A DNA stretch of 64,000 bases from Geosiphon pyriformis uo1 (Eukaryota > Fungi > Glomeromycota). Location: the NCBI GenBank assembly GCA_016748015.1, contig JAAOMT010000258.1, positions 374,173 through 438,172 on the forward strand, read 5' to 3'. Of this stretch, positions 38,223-51,596 are shown in pieces (position 1 is the stretch's first letter; every line of letters starts with the position of its first letter). A program made the translations under genes and the position numbers. The notes beneath the pieces are model-generated. The model saw only the letters and a program-made list of their open reading frames with translations, had not been told where the DNA came from and ran no database searches.

Positions 38223-39559
38223 TTTTGCTATGCAGCAAGGGTACGTGATGAAAGATAAATTCTGGGTTTAATGATTTTGTACTCGGTTCTCATCACCTAA
38301 TCGGTACATAAAAATATCAATGCTAGATTGATTTGTGATTATCCTTTCAATCCATTAGACCAAAAGATATTTTAGTTTGTCAATATAATTTTCTAGCTAG
38401 TTACTTTATAATTGATGCCAAATTCATTGTTCTAAAGATCATCCTCACCTAGTGTAAAGCTTGTGAATTAAATCTCGAAATTTTTTTGGGAGGCTTTTTA
38501 TATTCTCATTAAAAGCTTTATTATGAATAGAAGAGTTTATTTATTTATTTTAATAAAACAAGAAATCGGAATGAAGATAAAAGTGACAGTTTTTTTACAA
38601 TTCAAAAATCAGAGATGTAGGGTAAAAATGTGAATATAAGATTTTTTTAAAAAAGTGAAAAAGTACAATAAAATCAATAGAATTGTATAATTAAAAGATC
38701 CATTTCTGATTTAAAGTTTTTAATATGACAATTTGTTTACATTAAAATAAAAATTTGGTTTTTCTTTCCTTTAAAAAATTCTGAAAATATGAATAAAATA
38801 ATGAAAATAAAACGTTATTAAGAATATTCTTTTTCTTCGAATTAATACAAGTTAAAGCTTCATTATTTTACTCAAATTGAAAAATATAGTCTACAAATAA
38901 GAATATTTCTGTGGGAAGGATCATTTATTTGCAAATGAAGAAGAAATTATTTTTTCTGTGCGGAAGACTCTTTTAGGAAATTTTTTTGCAACCATTTGAA
39001 AAATGGTTTTAATTCTCATCTTTTGAAAATAAAAAATATAATCAAAACCGTGTTTATTTACAATAATAGTGATGCTTGTTGAAGTTAGTGTTTTTAGGAC
39101 TGGGATATTTGTACAATTATAATTAACGTTAACTATAACACATGGAGAATATTTTTAAATTGAAGAAATTGAAAGTTTTGATTTTCTTTGGTCTAAACCA
39201 TTGCCAATGAAGATTTTTTAACAAACATAATATATTTTGAAAAGCATGAAATTTAATGCTAAATAAATTACTGTCAACAAAAAGAAACTGGTGCATTTTG
39301 TGTGTTTGGATAATGAAATAAGAGTGTGAAAATTAAATTAAGTTATTCAGATCGTTCGGCCAATTTTACTTTTTGTATCGCCGGAGGATATGAAATTCAC
39401 ATTTTATACAAAGTTTTTTTGGTTGAGGTTATCCCTATCTAATCAAATCAGGTTTTTTCATGATCATCAAGAAAATAATTAAAACAATAGATTAAAAAGC
39501 GTGACCAGTGATTTTCCCTTTCAAGAATACAAAAATCCCACATTTATTTATCCAAATAT

Positions 39560-41737
39560 ATGATGGCCTACTTTTTGCAATTTTGCCTCAGAGAATTCCA
39601 CTCACCCATTAATTTGTATAAAAATATTTCAAATTCAAAAAGATATCTTTTACAAATTTCCAAGTCCAAACACAGCCCAGAAATCATCTCTGGTTTGATC
39701 AGAAAACAAACTCAGGATAGATGCAAGAAGGAGCAGCTGGTTCTAAATGCAAACAACCAACCACAACTGCCTTATCGAATTCGTCAATTCGTGCGAACTC
39801 CTTGGCGATCACAAATTGATATATTTACTTTTCCATTAGCAAACAATCCTAATAAACTAAACAAGAGAAATCTCGAAGATGGAAATTGCAAGGAGATGAT
39901 TACTAGAGAGCAAGTCCCTGTACATTCCGAAAAGCGAAATACAATTCACGGTATATGGCTAGAAGCAAAGCAACAGGCAATCAGAGCATTTATGCCGAAA
40001 GGATACCCTGATTCTGTGACTGCTGATTTTTTTCATTTCGCCAAATGGCAATTCTTACATAACGTTGCTGGAGCTGTCACTGGAGGTTAGACTGAGCAAT
40101 ACAATTTTATCGGATATTGAATTATATATATAAAATATATTGAGCTCAGTTTTATTTGGATATTCTTGTAAAAGTCTTATCTACGCAATCACTGCTCTAT
40201 GGTCTAGGACTTGGAGCCCAATCAATTCCGGTATTTTGCTCAAATTTCTTTAAGTACATAAAATCGTTTTAAAATACCAAATTCTAAAGATTAACAAAAC
40301 CTCGATAAATCAGTTGGCAGCAGCGCTGAACTGGATCATAAAAGATGGGCTTGGTCAATTGGGTGGTGTAGCTTACGCAGCTTTCATAAGTGATCGTTTC
40401 GACTCAGAACCAAAACGGCATCGATTTCAAGCAACTGTAGCTATGCAACTTGCCTCAATATTAGAATTGATAACTCCACTATGGCCACACATGTTTTTAT
40501 TAATTGCATCGATATCTAATATTGGTATGACGGATATAACTCTGAATTTAATGGGAAGAAAAGTTTTATAAAAATTAATTGGTCTTCTTAAGGAAAAAAT
40601 ATAGCGTGGTTGGCTAGTTCTGCCACTAGGTAATGGATTACGCTTCTGTATTTCTATTATCCCTCATTTTGTTTCTTAAGATAAATTCTTCATTATCAGG
40701 GCGCAAATGCACAGGACTTTTGCATTGAGAAATAAGTGAGTGAATTTTTGGAAGAGGATACTTCAAATTGATTCAAAAATAAATATTTCTCCTATACATA
40801 GTCTTGGTGATATTACCGGAAAATCAGGATCACAAGGGACAGCAGCAGGCCTCATAGGTAATTAAACGTTATTATATGCTTTCAGATTTACATTTCATCC
40901 TTGATAAATTTTTCTCGATTAGGTACTGGAATAGGTATACTTCTAAGTGCAGCTATAACTGCGTTATCAACGCCTACCATCTGTGCTACAGGGATTGAAA
41001 TTGCGGGATCTCCCAGCCTTTCTGTTCTATATATTTTCACGGCATTTGTACCGTTTTCTATCCTTAATATCTATGCAAATTATCAATCAAACCTCTATGT
41101 TACGAGCAGCACGCTGAATGTGCCACGAGCTGAGATGATTCTCTATGATATTTTTTCAAAAACCCCTAAAAATGAACTGTTTAACCCCGAGATCAAATCA
41201 ATATCTTCTTTGATACCAACACCTCGTAATATATCCTCTCGCGAAACTTTTGTTCGGCCATACCATTCTCTCTTCAAGATCCCAATTGTAATTGAACCTT
41301 CGTTGCACCATTACCATTCGCCAACGTACAATAAAAATTTATTTTGGGCATTGGAACAAAAAGGATTCTGCCACAATGAAGAATATTTTATTCTTTATGT
41401 TCCAAAACATCACAATTTGGGGAGAAAGAAAATTTCTTGGGGCTCAATTAAGCTACCAATTTCACAACAGCATGTTGCTTTATGGTTTTCTCAGAAGGCT
41501 CAGCCAAAAGACCTTATCAAAGGATTTGCTCATGCTTGTATTGTGAGATATAAGTTAGAGGTTGATTTGAAAATGCCTTCTGAAAGTGATTGCGTCTTGA
41601 AAATAATAAATTCAACTCATCCCTGGGTAGATGAATTGACCGAGGGCCTTTTTACGGATTTAGTACGAAAAAATTGGGATATAGAATATCTGTATTTGGC
41701 CGAGAAAGAAGATGGACGTCTTTATGTGGAGAGGTAA
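39560..41737 (+). CDS. RUS1: RUS1/DUF647 family protein (root-UVB-sensitive / RUSF1-C16orf58-like), multi-exon
   Basis: 'FMPKGYPDSVTADFFHFAKWQ...AGAVTGVLSTQSLLYGLGLG', 'AAALNWIIKDGLGQLGG', 'FDSEPKRHRF', 'LGDITGKSGSQ', 'TLNVPRAEMIL'. Confidence 0.88.
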
Positions 41738-42064
41738 CATTTTATTCGTGAGGTATTTATGCCAAATGTATATTTAAACTAGACTGCTATTTTACTTATA
41801 TTGAATAGCTCTCACTCCAGGATCAAAAATATATTTGGCTTCCTCCAGATTTTAGTCCATATTATAACATCTTGTCAGTTTAAAACTCTTACATCTATAA
41901 AAAATTTTGTCGCTTTAAATTATGACAACCTGAAATCATATCTAGGATTTTGGGGTGAATTTTGAAAGTTGTCATGTTTCGATTATTTTCTATTTAACTA
42001 TACCGCTCTCAAAAATTATAGTCCAAAGTTATTCTGGGTTTATTTTCGTCCCTAATATTCTCAA

Positions 42065-43344
42065 TCATTTTACCTTGGGCACTAATTTGAGCAATAATTC
42101 TGCAAGCATTGCAGAAGAATCGGGGAACTTCTCTGGCTCAGTGGTGATTTCTTTAAACTCTTTGGTCTCGCGAATTTTGGAAAAGTTTTCAATAAAAAAA
42201 TCCATCACTGGCTCTTTAAGGTCAGGCCATTTGCTTCCAATCTGAAACAAGACGCCGCTTGCATTTGAGAAATCCAAGTTTTGTAGGATTTCTTGCTTCG
42301 CCAAGTCACGAAGCTCCTTAATCAGATATTTGTCGGCTAGGGCAAAAATCTTTTGTCAAAGAGAATCATAATGAGAATTCTTAAATTTTTGGTTGATAAA
42401 AAGATGCTCCCAAAAAGGCCTACCATTAGCGGATTATTCGGTGAATCAGGGTTTTTCGCAAAGACGACCCCATTGGTATAAAGAAACCCAAGCATTTGGA
42501 GAAAGGTTTCATGATGAAAGTCTGTGACTTCAATGAAAAATCCGTTGCAGGAATTATTTTTAGACATTCCTGAACATGGAGACGGCTCATTAGAGTAGAA
42601 TTCTTGTTTTAGTTCTTTTGCTTTTATTATTCGTGACTCAGACCAAGATGACGTGAACATACTCCTAAAGTATTCAGACCTTTGGCTAAGGATTTGACTA
42701 CTTGCAAAATACTTTTCGCCATTTACGCTGAATTCCACATCACAAGTAGCTTTATTTTTAAAGCTGTCTATCCAGATCGAAACGAGAGACTTGGGTATTT
42801 CAATATTTGATGATTCGAATTTGATCTCGCCGAAATAGACACCGCACATGATGTAGTTCGGAAGAAGTGAAGTAAGGCAAAATTCTTTGTATCCTAAAGA
42901 TAAATAGTTGTCGCCTCATTAACAAAATTTTTCAAATAAAATAAAAAAACATTTGAAACTTACCCCAGCCAGTTCCAACCTGACATTTTGATAATGCTTC
43001 AGCCGATAATCTTCTTTTCGAAATAAAAGCCCCAGACACCGGATTCTTGATAAAAATTGTGGCATATGGCAGATTTCTATTCGAATTATGTTTCCAATAT
43101 TTCGCAGACTTATACAAATATAAGCTGCAAAACTTTGAAGTTTCTGGCGATTGCTTTTAAAGAAATTTTATTGATTCTGATTAATAATTTGATCCAGTCA
43201 GATTTCAAGAAGTTGGCATTATTTTTATACCATGGTAAATTGTAATTCCCAAAAATGGTCAGACGATATAGAAAAAACTGGACTCCAAATTTCACCTCTT
43301 GTCGAATGAACTTTTTCTACGCCAAATTCATGAACACTTATCAT
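42065..43344 (-). CDS. MATH-BTB paralogue 3, 4 exons, intact
   Basis: ATG 43344 'MISVHEFGVEKV...WSPVFSISSDHFWELQFTM|QSPETSKFCSLYL...GWG|YKEF'; BTB 'CDVEFSVNGEKYFASSQILSQRSEYF'; 'IFALADKYLIKELRDLAK'. Confidence 0.87.
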
Positions 43345-46250
43345 ATTAACTATTTGACTATTTTAGAACGTTTAATATTCAAAAGAAATTACATTTGTTT
43401 GAAGAATTCAATTTTTTTTTTTATAAAAATGGCTTCCTTTTATTTATTTTTCTAAAACATTAAAAAAAAATTTTCACGCTTTAGAGTTTAAAAAGAATGA
43501 ATGGGTGGAAAATTTTGGAAATCATTTACTTCCAAAGCAAGCGCTTGGTTTAATCATCTTTGCTTAGAAATAATGCCAAAGACTGGAAGTTAAACAATAT
43601 TTTTTATATTAAATTCAGCAGACCATTGTTCTACTTTCAGGCTTGCTGCATTACTCCTGGATCAGAGCTTCCAAACCTTTCAGTAATTTGCAATCGATCA
43701 ATTTATGCTTGAACAAACCGGGACCTTACAGCTAACCTGGTATGGATCGTGTGAGATGTCGAATCGAAAGATTCCCATAGTCAAACTCAAATTCATAGGC
43801 TTTGAATGCAGGATGAAATTCGGCAACGGTCACGCGTCATTGAAAAGAATATAATGATCTAAGGTTAGAAAGGCAAAAAAACCGCAATACTGTTATATTT
43901 GCTGACTTAATATCGTTTAATTGTAACCAAACAAATAAAAATATTTAATTTGAGAATAAATTGCGAGAAGCAAATTCTAGAGGATGCTTCATTATTAAAA
44001 TTTTGAGGCTTGGGTTTTCAGACTTTCAAAGTTTCTCAATAAATAATTAGAATTTATGCTCTTCATTGTTTGTCACAATATGAAATTTGCCTTCCTTTTA
44101 AAGTTCGATTAATGATCAACATTTCATTGGAAAATGCCTGGACCATTCCTTTCCAGAAATGTCTAGTTCTAGAATTTAAGACAAGAAATTTTAAAATTAT
44201 TATGGAAGGAGTAAAACAAAAATTTCGTTCTTTTCAAAAACAACTCAATCTTACATTATGTTTGCCGAGAAAAAAATGAATATTCGTGAATTAAAATAAT
44301 AAATATAAGACGCTTGACTCTTAAACATTAGTTTATTTAGCTGAAATATTTTAAGGAGGGAAAAATTGGCTGTACAATTTTTGCTTGACTGGAAATAAGA
44401 ACGAAGGTTTTAAATATAAACCCAAAAGAGACTCAGATGAAAACTTCGGAAAATCTTAAAAAAACCCCTTATTTACAGTAATTTAGATATATATTTTAAA
44501 AATGCAAAATAGAACTACAGTTTTCATCTTTTTTTTTAAACGCAAGAGTTGAAAAGATTGAGATTAATCAGTATCCTGAAATATTTCATAAATTATGTGG
44601 GTTTGTTATAAAAAAATAAATTTCAGGATCAATGCATAAAAAGTTTTTACGTGTTTACGATAACCAATAATTTTGCTATTGAACTTTCTTTTAAGCTTTA
44701 AAGAATCAAATGAAAATTTCACGGGATATACTTATATATTTTTAATAATAATAAGAAGGATCCCTAATAAATATGTTTTAACAAAAGTTTGAATAAACCC
44801 TTTTAAAACATTGTGATAAAAGATTTCAATCATATTCAGACAAAGTGTATGAGGTTAATTTTTGGGAAGCAATATTTAAAATCAGAAAATCTTTTTTAAC
44901 TCTAAAAATAAATGTAATATAAAACTTGTTTCATATTTTTGGAATCTTGTGTAAATTCCTTAAAAGTTGTTTTTAAGCAAAATAGTATAATTTTAATTAA
45001 TTTTATTTTTTAGAATATTCAAATGGTTATTTACCAGTTCATTTTTCATTATTCCTTCAAAAAGAAAGTTCAATAACAATTAACCAAATTTTTTACTTAG
45101 CTACAGACCCTTCAAATTTCGGAGCTAAACGTGTGCCAGCCATTTAAGGATAATAATATAAGCTACAAAGTCTTGATTAATGTAAATTGCCCATCGAAAC
45201 ACATGAAAGAAATTCTTAAACTTTTATATTTTCCCATTACTCAGGTTAAATTCAAAAATTATAAGTGTTCTTGGTCGCCAAAAAAATCTATAAGCTAAAA
45301 TTTTTAATTAAATACCCCGATCAAACCAAAAGCCTCGAAAAACTTTAACATGAGCTCTTAATGACAAAATTATCAGAAAATCCATTTTCCTCCTTAGGCA
45401 ATGAAACTGAGAGGATAAACTCCTCCAATTTTGGCCATAAAAAAAAAACCGAAAGTACTCACATTTATGCACTATTTATTATGAAGATTTTAGTCTAGAA
45501 TGTTTAAAAAATAATTTAGTTTCTATTTATAAACGCTCGAATTAGTAAAAAGCTTTTATAACAAATAATAATGAAAAAAATGGGATAAAAGTTGTTTTAA
45601 AATTTTCAATAAAGTATTTGTAAATCCTCTTAGATTCTTAATTTAGTGCTTTGAAAAGTAAAAAATCTTCAAGATGCCATGAGCGCTTTAATCCTTAGAC
45701 TGGTAAGAATGAGGTCTAAACATACTTTCTCAAGGTTTTCTTATCAACGTTAAAGATAAAAAATCTTTTACCCATTATTTTCATGCCTAGATAAATAACT
45801 ATCTTATTATCTATTATTATATTATTACAAAATACAAAGGTTATTAATTTGTGCAAACCAGTTGGCTCTAACACTAATGTCAAAAAGAATAATTCGTTTG
45901 TATGGAACCTTTTAAAATTGGATTTTTCGAGCTTACAGCCTGTATCGATCAGGGATTTTAAAAGCCTTTAAGTCAATTGTGCCTCATCATTGAGGCAATT
46001 CATTCGAATGTCGTTTTCTCAGTTGGAATTGTATCACGGTTAATATGTAAGGAGCAAACCAAACTACCATTTATAGTGTCAATAAACTCCCGAAAGAAGC
46101 AAGTTCAGTCAGTGTGACGCAAAAAATCATATCTATAATTAGCCATACAAGCTAAAGAGGTGTAGAAAAATCATGTGACTAATTTAGATCCTACTTTATA
46201 ATAAAGTCCCCCATTCTTTTTTAAATTAACCTGAAAAAATCTTTGGAATC

Positions 46251-47236
46251 ATGGCTGCATTCAGAGCTAGAGGAACCTTCGAATTTTTATTATCAAATGT
46301 TTCAAAGATGACTAGAGGAGTATATAGCCCACCGTTTGGAACACATGAAGACATGTTTTGGCAGCTTGAGTTTACACCGGTACTTTTTAAATATCAGCCC
46401 CGAAAAATTACTGCAAAAATTTAATGGTTTATTCATAATCCGATATTTTGTTTTGTGTTCTGACAGTCTTGTAAAGATGATCCAGAATATTGTTCGGTGT
46501 ATCTTTGCGCTATAGCAAATACCGAAGAGAAGCATTCTACAGAGATTTGGGCCAGACGAGATGAAGTGTCAGCTACTTTATTTTTGAAGGTTCCATCGCC
46601 AAATGACACAGGATCTCATAATAAAGATTTGTAAGCAAAGCTTTTACAAATTTTCTAATTCGGTTGAACTCATGATAAATTACCTTTTTTTTTTTTTAGA
46701 TTATATATCAAGAAATCATTAGATTTGGATGATTATTCGGCAACTTTTCCATTATGGGGTTTGTTTGTTCATAATAAACTTTTAAATTGGTTAACGCTGA
46801 AATTAAATCCTAACATCATCATTCCATCTTAGGTTTTGACTGTTTTTGCAAAATGTCAGTTTTGCCCGACGAAATACTGCTGGGCGTCATATTTGACAAA
46901 ACAGAATTTACACCATGGAGCATGAAAACTCCTTTCCCCACAAAACCCATCCCAGATTCATTGGCGGAAGCATGGGCCCTGACTTTAAATAAACAAGAGA
47001 TTGTAGATGTTCAATTTAATGTTAAAGGAACAATGATACATGCCAGTAGTACAATACTTTCGAAACGATCTGAATATTTTCAAAAGATATTTCAAGAAAA
47101 ATGGTCAGAATCACAGAAGAAGGCTCCAAAACAAAGACAGAATTCAATATCCGGATCGTTACATTCTATTAACGAGCCTGGGACCTCACTCAAACAACCT
47201 TCCAGTACAAATAATAATAATTATAATAGTAATAGC

Positions 47237-47272
<36 letters not shown>

Positions 47273-47770
47273 TATAACAACAATAATCATAGTCATAATT
47301 CAGCTGGATGCAAATATAGTGTCGATGTTCCAGATTTTGATCCTGCTACCTTTTTAGAAATGTTACGTTTTCTTTACACCGATCAAGTCTCATTTGATGA
47401 AAAATCGGATTCCCATAAAACTGCATTAGGTATTTATTGTTCATAAATTCAGAATTCTAAAAAGCAGCTCAAATAAATACGTTTATTTGTAGATTTATTT
47501 GCGATTGCCGACAAATATTTAATATACGATCTTCGACAACGAGCCAAAGTCAAAGTTTTTAAAGATCTAAATGATGATAACGCTGCTGGCCTTTTCTTTG
47601 GTGCCACTTGGAAATGGCCAGACTTGAAGGATCACGTAATGAAATATGTCGTTGAAAATTTTAAGGCAGTTCGCAAAACATCAGGATTCAAGAAGGCTAT
47701 TCTCGATCGAAGTTCCAATAGTCATACTGGAGAGCTCTTAATTGAGGTTCTAAATATCTTAGATTTATGA
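46251..47770 (+). CDS. MATH-BTB paralogue 4, 5 exons, poly-Asn insertion in the BTB domain
   Basis: 'MAAFRARGTFEFLL...YSPPFGTHEDMFWQLEFTP|SCKDDPEYCSVYLCA'; BTB 'VDVQFNVKGTMIHASSTILSKRSEYF'; last exon 'LFAIADKYLIYDLRQRAK...LNILDL*'. Confidence 0.88.
47209..47298 (+). repeat. Coding (AAT)n microsatellite (poly-Asn)
   Basis: aataataataattataatagtaatagc(aat)n tract in frame. Confidence 0.9.
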
Positions 47771-48546
47771 CAGATGTTGTTAGTGAAATTTTGAGAGGTG
47801 TCACATTTTCTTTGGAGGACCTCCGCTTTGTATTTTTAAAGTTAATTTACACAAATATTGAAGAAGTTTAATTACCTGTCGTTATTTTAAAACAACCTTT
47901 TGATTTTTGACTCATCAATTGAGAGATTCTTTTAGCCTTCATGATATGTTGTATTTATTTATTTATTTATTTTTTTGATTGGAGAAGTGGTGAATTCGGA
48001 TATTTTTGAAATTGAAAAAGAAAATTGGCATAAATGTTAAATTAATTTATTTTTTAATTGACGTTGGTAGAAGCCTTATTTTGGCTAACCTCACAAAATT
48101 GAGATCTGAGATCTTGAAAAATATAATTGAATCTTGATGGTTATCGTTTTTTAAGACTTTTGATCTTTGGATTAGTACGATTAGGCATAATCCCTTTTTT
48201 TCTTTAAATAACCTCGAACAAAATCCAAATATAGAAACCCTAATCAAAGATTTCTTTTATGGACAAATTAAAAAACTCATTCACCTAAATTTGGCCTTTT
48301 ATTGTAGTCCTTTTTTATTGATAAATTGAGAAACGTTTATTCATTTATATAACACTGAGTTAAGAGAATAATTAAAGTCTATAGAATATTAAGTTTTCTA
48401 GTCTAAAGTCATAAAAAGGGAGCACAAATAAATTTTTAAAGAAAATAAAAAGTATTAAACACTTTCTTATTTGAAAGATTTTTATTCAAAAATTTTTGTA
48501 AATCTATAATCACCTTCATTAGTAAACTCCAAGAAAAACCATATAT

Positions 48547-48858
48547 ATGTACGCAACGAATGAACCAGTTTCGACTACAACTGGCCTACAAAAAATATTC
48601 GGAATTGTGGGATTCATAATAATCCTTTTTTTGTGTTTCATTACTTGGAAACTAGGGAAAGCTATACAAAAAAATCATCGAAAAAAACTAGCTATTACAA
48701 GAGAGTTGGAAGAGGTGTGGGTTGTTCCAACAAGTACAAATCAGTCATCTGGTATAAATTCACAACAAAATGATTTGGATGAAGCTGGTTCATCGTATTT
48801 GCCTCCTTATGATGAGGAAAAGTTACCAGCTTATCAAGAGAGGATAGATGAAGTTTAA
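48547..48858 (+). CDS. Small single-pass membrane protein with tandem LPxY (PY) motifs, copy A (103 aa)
   Basis: TM 'IFGIVGFIIILFLCFITW', basic stop-transfer residues, C-terminal 'YLPPYDEEKLPAY'. Confidence 0.8.
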   Translation: MYATNEPVSTTTGLQKIFGIVGFIIILFLCFITWKLGKAIQKNHRKKLAITRELEEVWVVPTSTNQSSGINSQQNDLDEAGSSYLPPYDEEKLPAYQERIDEV

Positions 48859-49285
48859 TAGATGCTTTGAGCACTTTTTGAATTTTAATGAAGATTTGAA
48901 AAAACTTTTTTTGAAAGTTTTTTTCTTTTTCTTTCAAAAAAATTCCGTGTACATTCAGGAAAGAACTTTATAAAGACGAACTTTCAACAAATTTAAAAGA
49001 AATTAACATACACATACTTTTATTTCATTTTTATCATCACCTTTTATTTGCAAGAGATTATCAATTTGAAATATCATTTCTTTTTCATTTTTTCTTACTT
49101 ATTTGATACGAAAACTATTGACATTTAATTGACATTCAAGAAAAACCTTAATTGTTTTAATGTATAAAATTTTTTTTTAATATTTGCTCATTATGAATTT
49201 CCAAACATGTTTATTAAATTTTCCGAAATAATTTGATTTTTTTTGGAAATTTACAAATGAATATTAAAAAAAAATACGAGATAAT

Positions 49286-49286
<1 letters not shown>

Positions 49287-49313
<27 letters not shown>
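49287..49313. repeat. (TTG)n microsatellite
   Basis: About nine ttg units. Confidence 0.9.
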
Positions 49314-49316
<3 letters not shown>

Positions 49317-50512
49317 CAATCAATATTAATTTATGAATACTGCGGACTCTACAAAATAAACAATAAAGTTATTTATTTACTAAACTTCGGTTGGGGTACA
49401 GAATAAAGAAAATGTACCATTATTTCAATCTGTCACCACCAACTTTTTCCTTTGGTACTAACCCTAAATATTTTTAGAGAGAATATTCCCAACATATTTA
49501 TGTAAAGAAGATTAAATAACAAATACTGCGTTCTTTGTAAGAATATTCATTCTTTAATTTAGATTTAAATAAAAGATATTCACATCAAAAAATTTAAAAA
49601 AATTGAAATTAAGATTAGAAAAATAAAATTTTATTTATCTCGGATATCCAGATTAAAAAATTCATTTCAATAGTGAATTATTCAATAAGAAGAGATAGGT
49701 TTTAATAAAGGGAATTATATAAATTTTAGGTGAGATGACGTTTTATGTAATAAAACCATATCATGATAATTTTCTTGAGTTTCTTTCTGTATTGCAAAGA
49801 CCATGGAAATTGCTTTGTCACCTTTAGAATGAAATATTCTACAGGCTAAAATAAACTCTAAATGCTTGAATCTTTTAAAAATTTTACCAAAATAATTATC
49901 AAACGACAAGAAATATATAAAATTCGGCTTTTTACTAGCCGAAATTCGGGATAAAATTTTTAACCTTTTAGATTACTAGCTATTTCAATTTATGATAAAT
50001 CATTATTCTAAAATTGTTATACATGAAATTTCCTTAAAATGTAGGGGAGGACATATTCCTTTTGTTTAAAATCTAAAATTCGATTTTAAAAATAATTTTT
50101 TTTAAATATTTAAGTCAATCATAATAATCATGAGAAATAAACTCACTGCGGAAAAACGAAAAGTTTAGACAATAAAAGGATAGCAGATATTGTTTATAAA
50201 TTTCTATTAGAATATGATATAATGTTTATATTTTGTCTTTGATGCTGCTGCTGTTTATATTCTCGGTGAAATGAATTAAATGAGTCATTACTGCGGTAAC
50301 AAAATTTTTATAGAATAAACTTTAAACATTTAAATTACATATATATATTAAGACTCTCAATTCAGGTACAAAATGGAAAAAGGAAACTTGAAATTTTTGC
50401 TATTGACAAACCGAAATTTTAAAACTTATGAAAGTAACCTTGTTTCTCACAATCTCTTTGTAAAATTTGACAAAAATTCTTGATTAAAACAATCTTATTA
50501 ACAGAAACCAAG

Positions 50513-50845
50513 ATGAGTTCACACCTTTTCCCGTCAGAAAAGTTATTTAAAGGTCTTTTGGGAACGATCGAGATCTTTGTTATTTTAATTCTTTTTGGGG
50601 GCATGTGGGAGTTTCGAAAACTTTTGAGATCTCGTAATCGAGAAAGAACTGAATTTGTTGCCAGAAATGGTGGAGTGATTGATTTAGAGGAAAACTCTGT
50701 AGCTACAGATAATTCAACTCTTTTTCGAACATTACCATCAGATAAAGCTTTGTTAACATCAATGGAAAATGCGTATTTACCTCCATACGATGGTTTTACT
50801 TTACCAGAATATAAATTAAGCAAAGGAAGTGTGATAGAAGAATGA
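50513..50845 (+). CDS. Small single-pass membrane protein with tandem LPxY motifs, copy B (110 aa)
   Basis: ATG 50513; TM 'GLLGTIEIFVILILFGGMW', basic 'RKLLRSRNR', C-terminal 'YLPPYDGFTLPEY'. Confidence 0.78.
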   Translation: MSSHLFPSEKLFKGLLGTIEIFVILILFGGMWEFRKLLRSRNRERTEFVARNGGVIDLEENSVATDNSTLFRTLPSDKALLTSMENAYLPPYDGFTLPEYKLSKGSVIEE

Positions 50846-51596
50846 ACGGAAATTCAAAATAGGTTCAAATCTATAAATAGAATCCAGACAGCTAAGGAAG
50901 GAAAAGTAAAATTTTCTCATTCCTCTTGAGAGAATTGTGCATTAGATATGAAATTATTTTCAAATTCTAAAAAGATTCAAATCCTAATTCCCCGAGTTTG
51001 AGTCTAATAATTAGAAACAATTTTCAATATGCAGGATAAAATTCCATAACTTGGAAATTTTTCAAGATTTCAATATGTGTGTGACAAACCAATCAGATTA
51101 TCATTTTAATTCAGTCCTGAAAAAATTAACTAAGCCAAGTTGGTCCGTTTAGACCCCATTTTTCTATTTTTCTATTTTTCGTTGTACCATTGAAAAATCA
51201 AGTTACTTTTTAAATTTTATGCAGAATGTATATCACCCTACCTTTACTACTTTACTATGCTAATTATAGGTAAACACAAACAGAATAGTATAGTAAAGTT
51301 GTAAGTCCGGATTGGTAATGTAAAATGTATGGTTTAGCAATTGCCGCAATCATTTGCAGTTCTAATATATTTTGTTGTTGGCTGAACCTATTACATAAAA
51401 CTTTTTTTCTTTTTCTTTTTCTTTTTCTGTTTCTACTTTCCCTGGCCAAAAAAAAAATCAGAAAATTAAGCCAAAATTTTCAGAGAACTTGAAATATCTT
51501 ATGATTCCCAATGTTTTCAACTCTTTACTCTATACATATAATCTAATTAATAAAACCAACCTAAACCAAAATTTGAGATTTTACATCGTGTCTTAA

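Noticed and set aside
47040-47357. Poly-Ile ORF; also poly-His (51814-52074) and Met-rich (51973-52185) ORFs
   Set aside because: Alternative-frame or antisense read-outs of coding microsatellites in real genes.
49922-49945. Small hairpins (ttcggct...agccgaa; also near 34397-34418 and 57673-57688)
   Set aside because: Isolated short stems expected by chance; no second copy or RNA family features.
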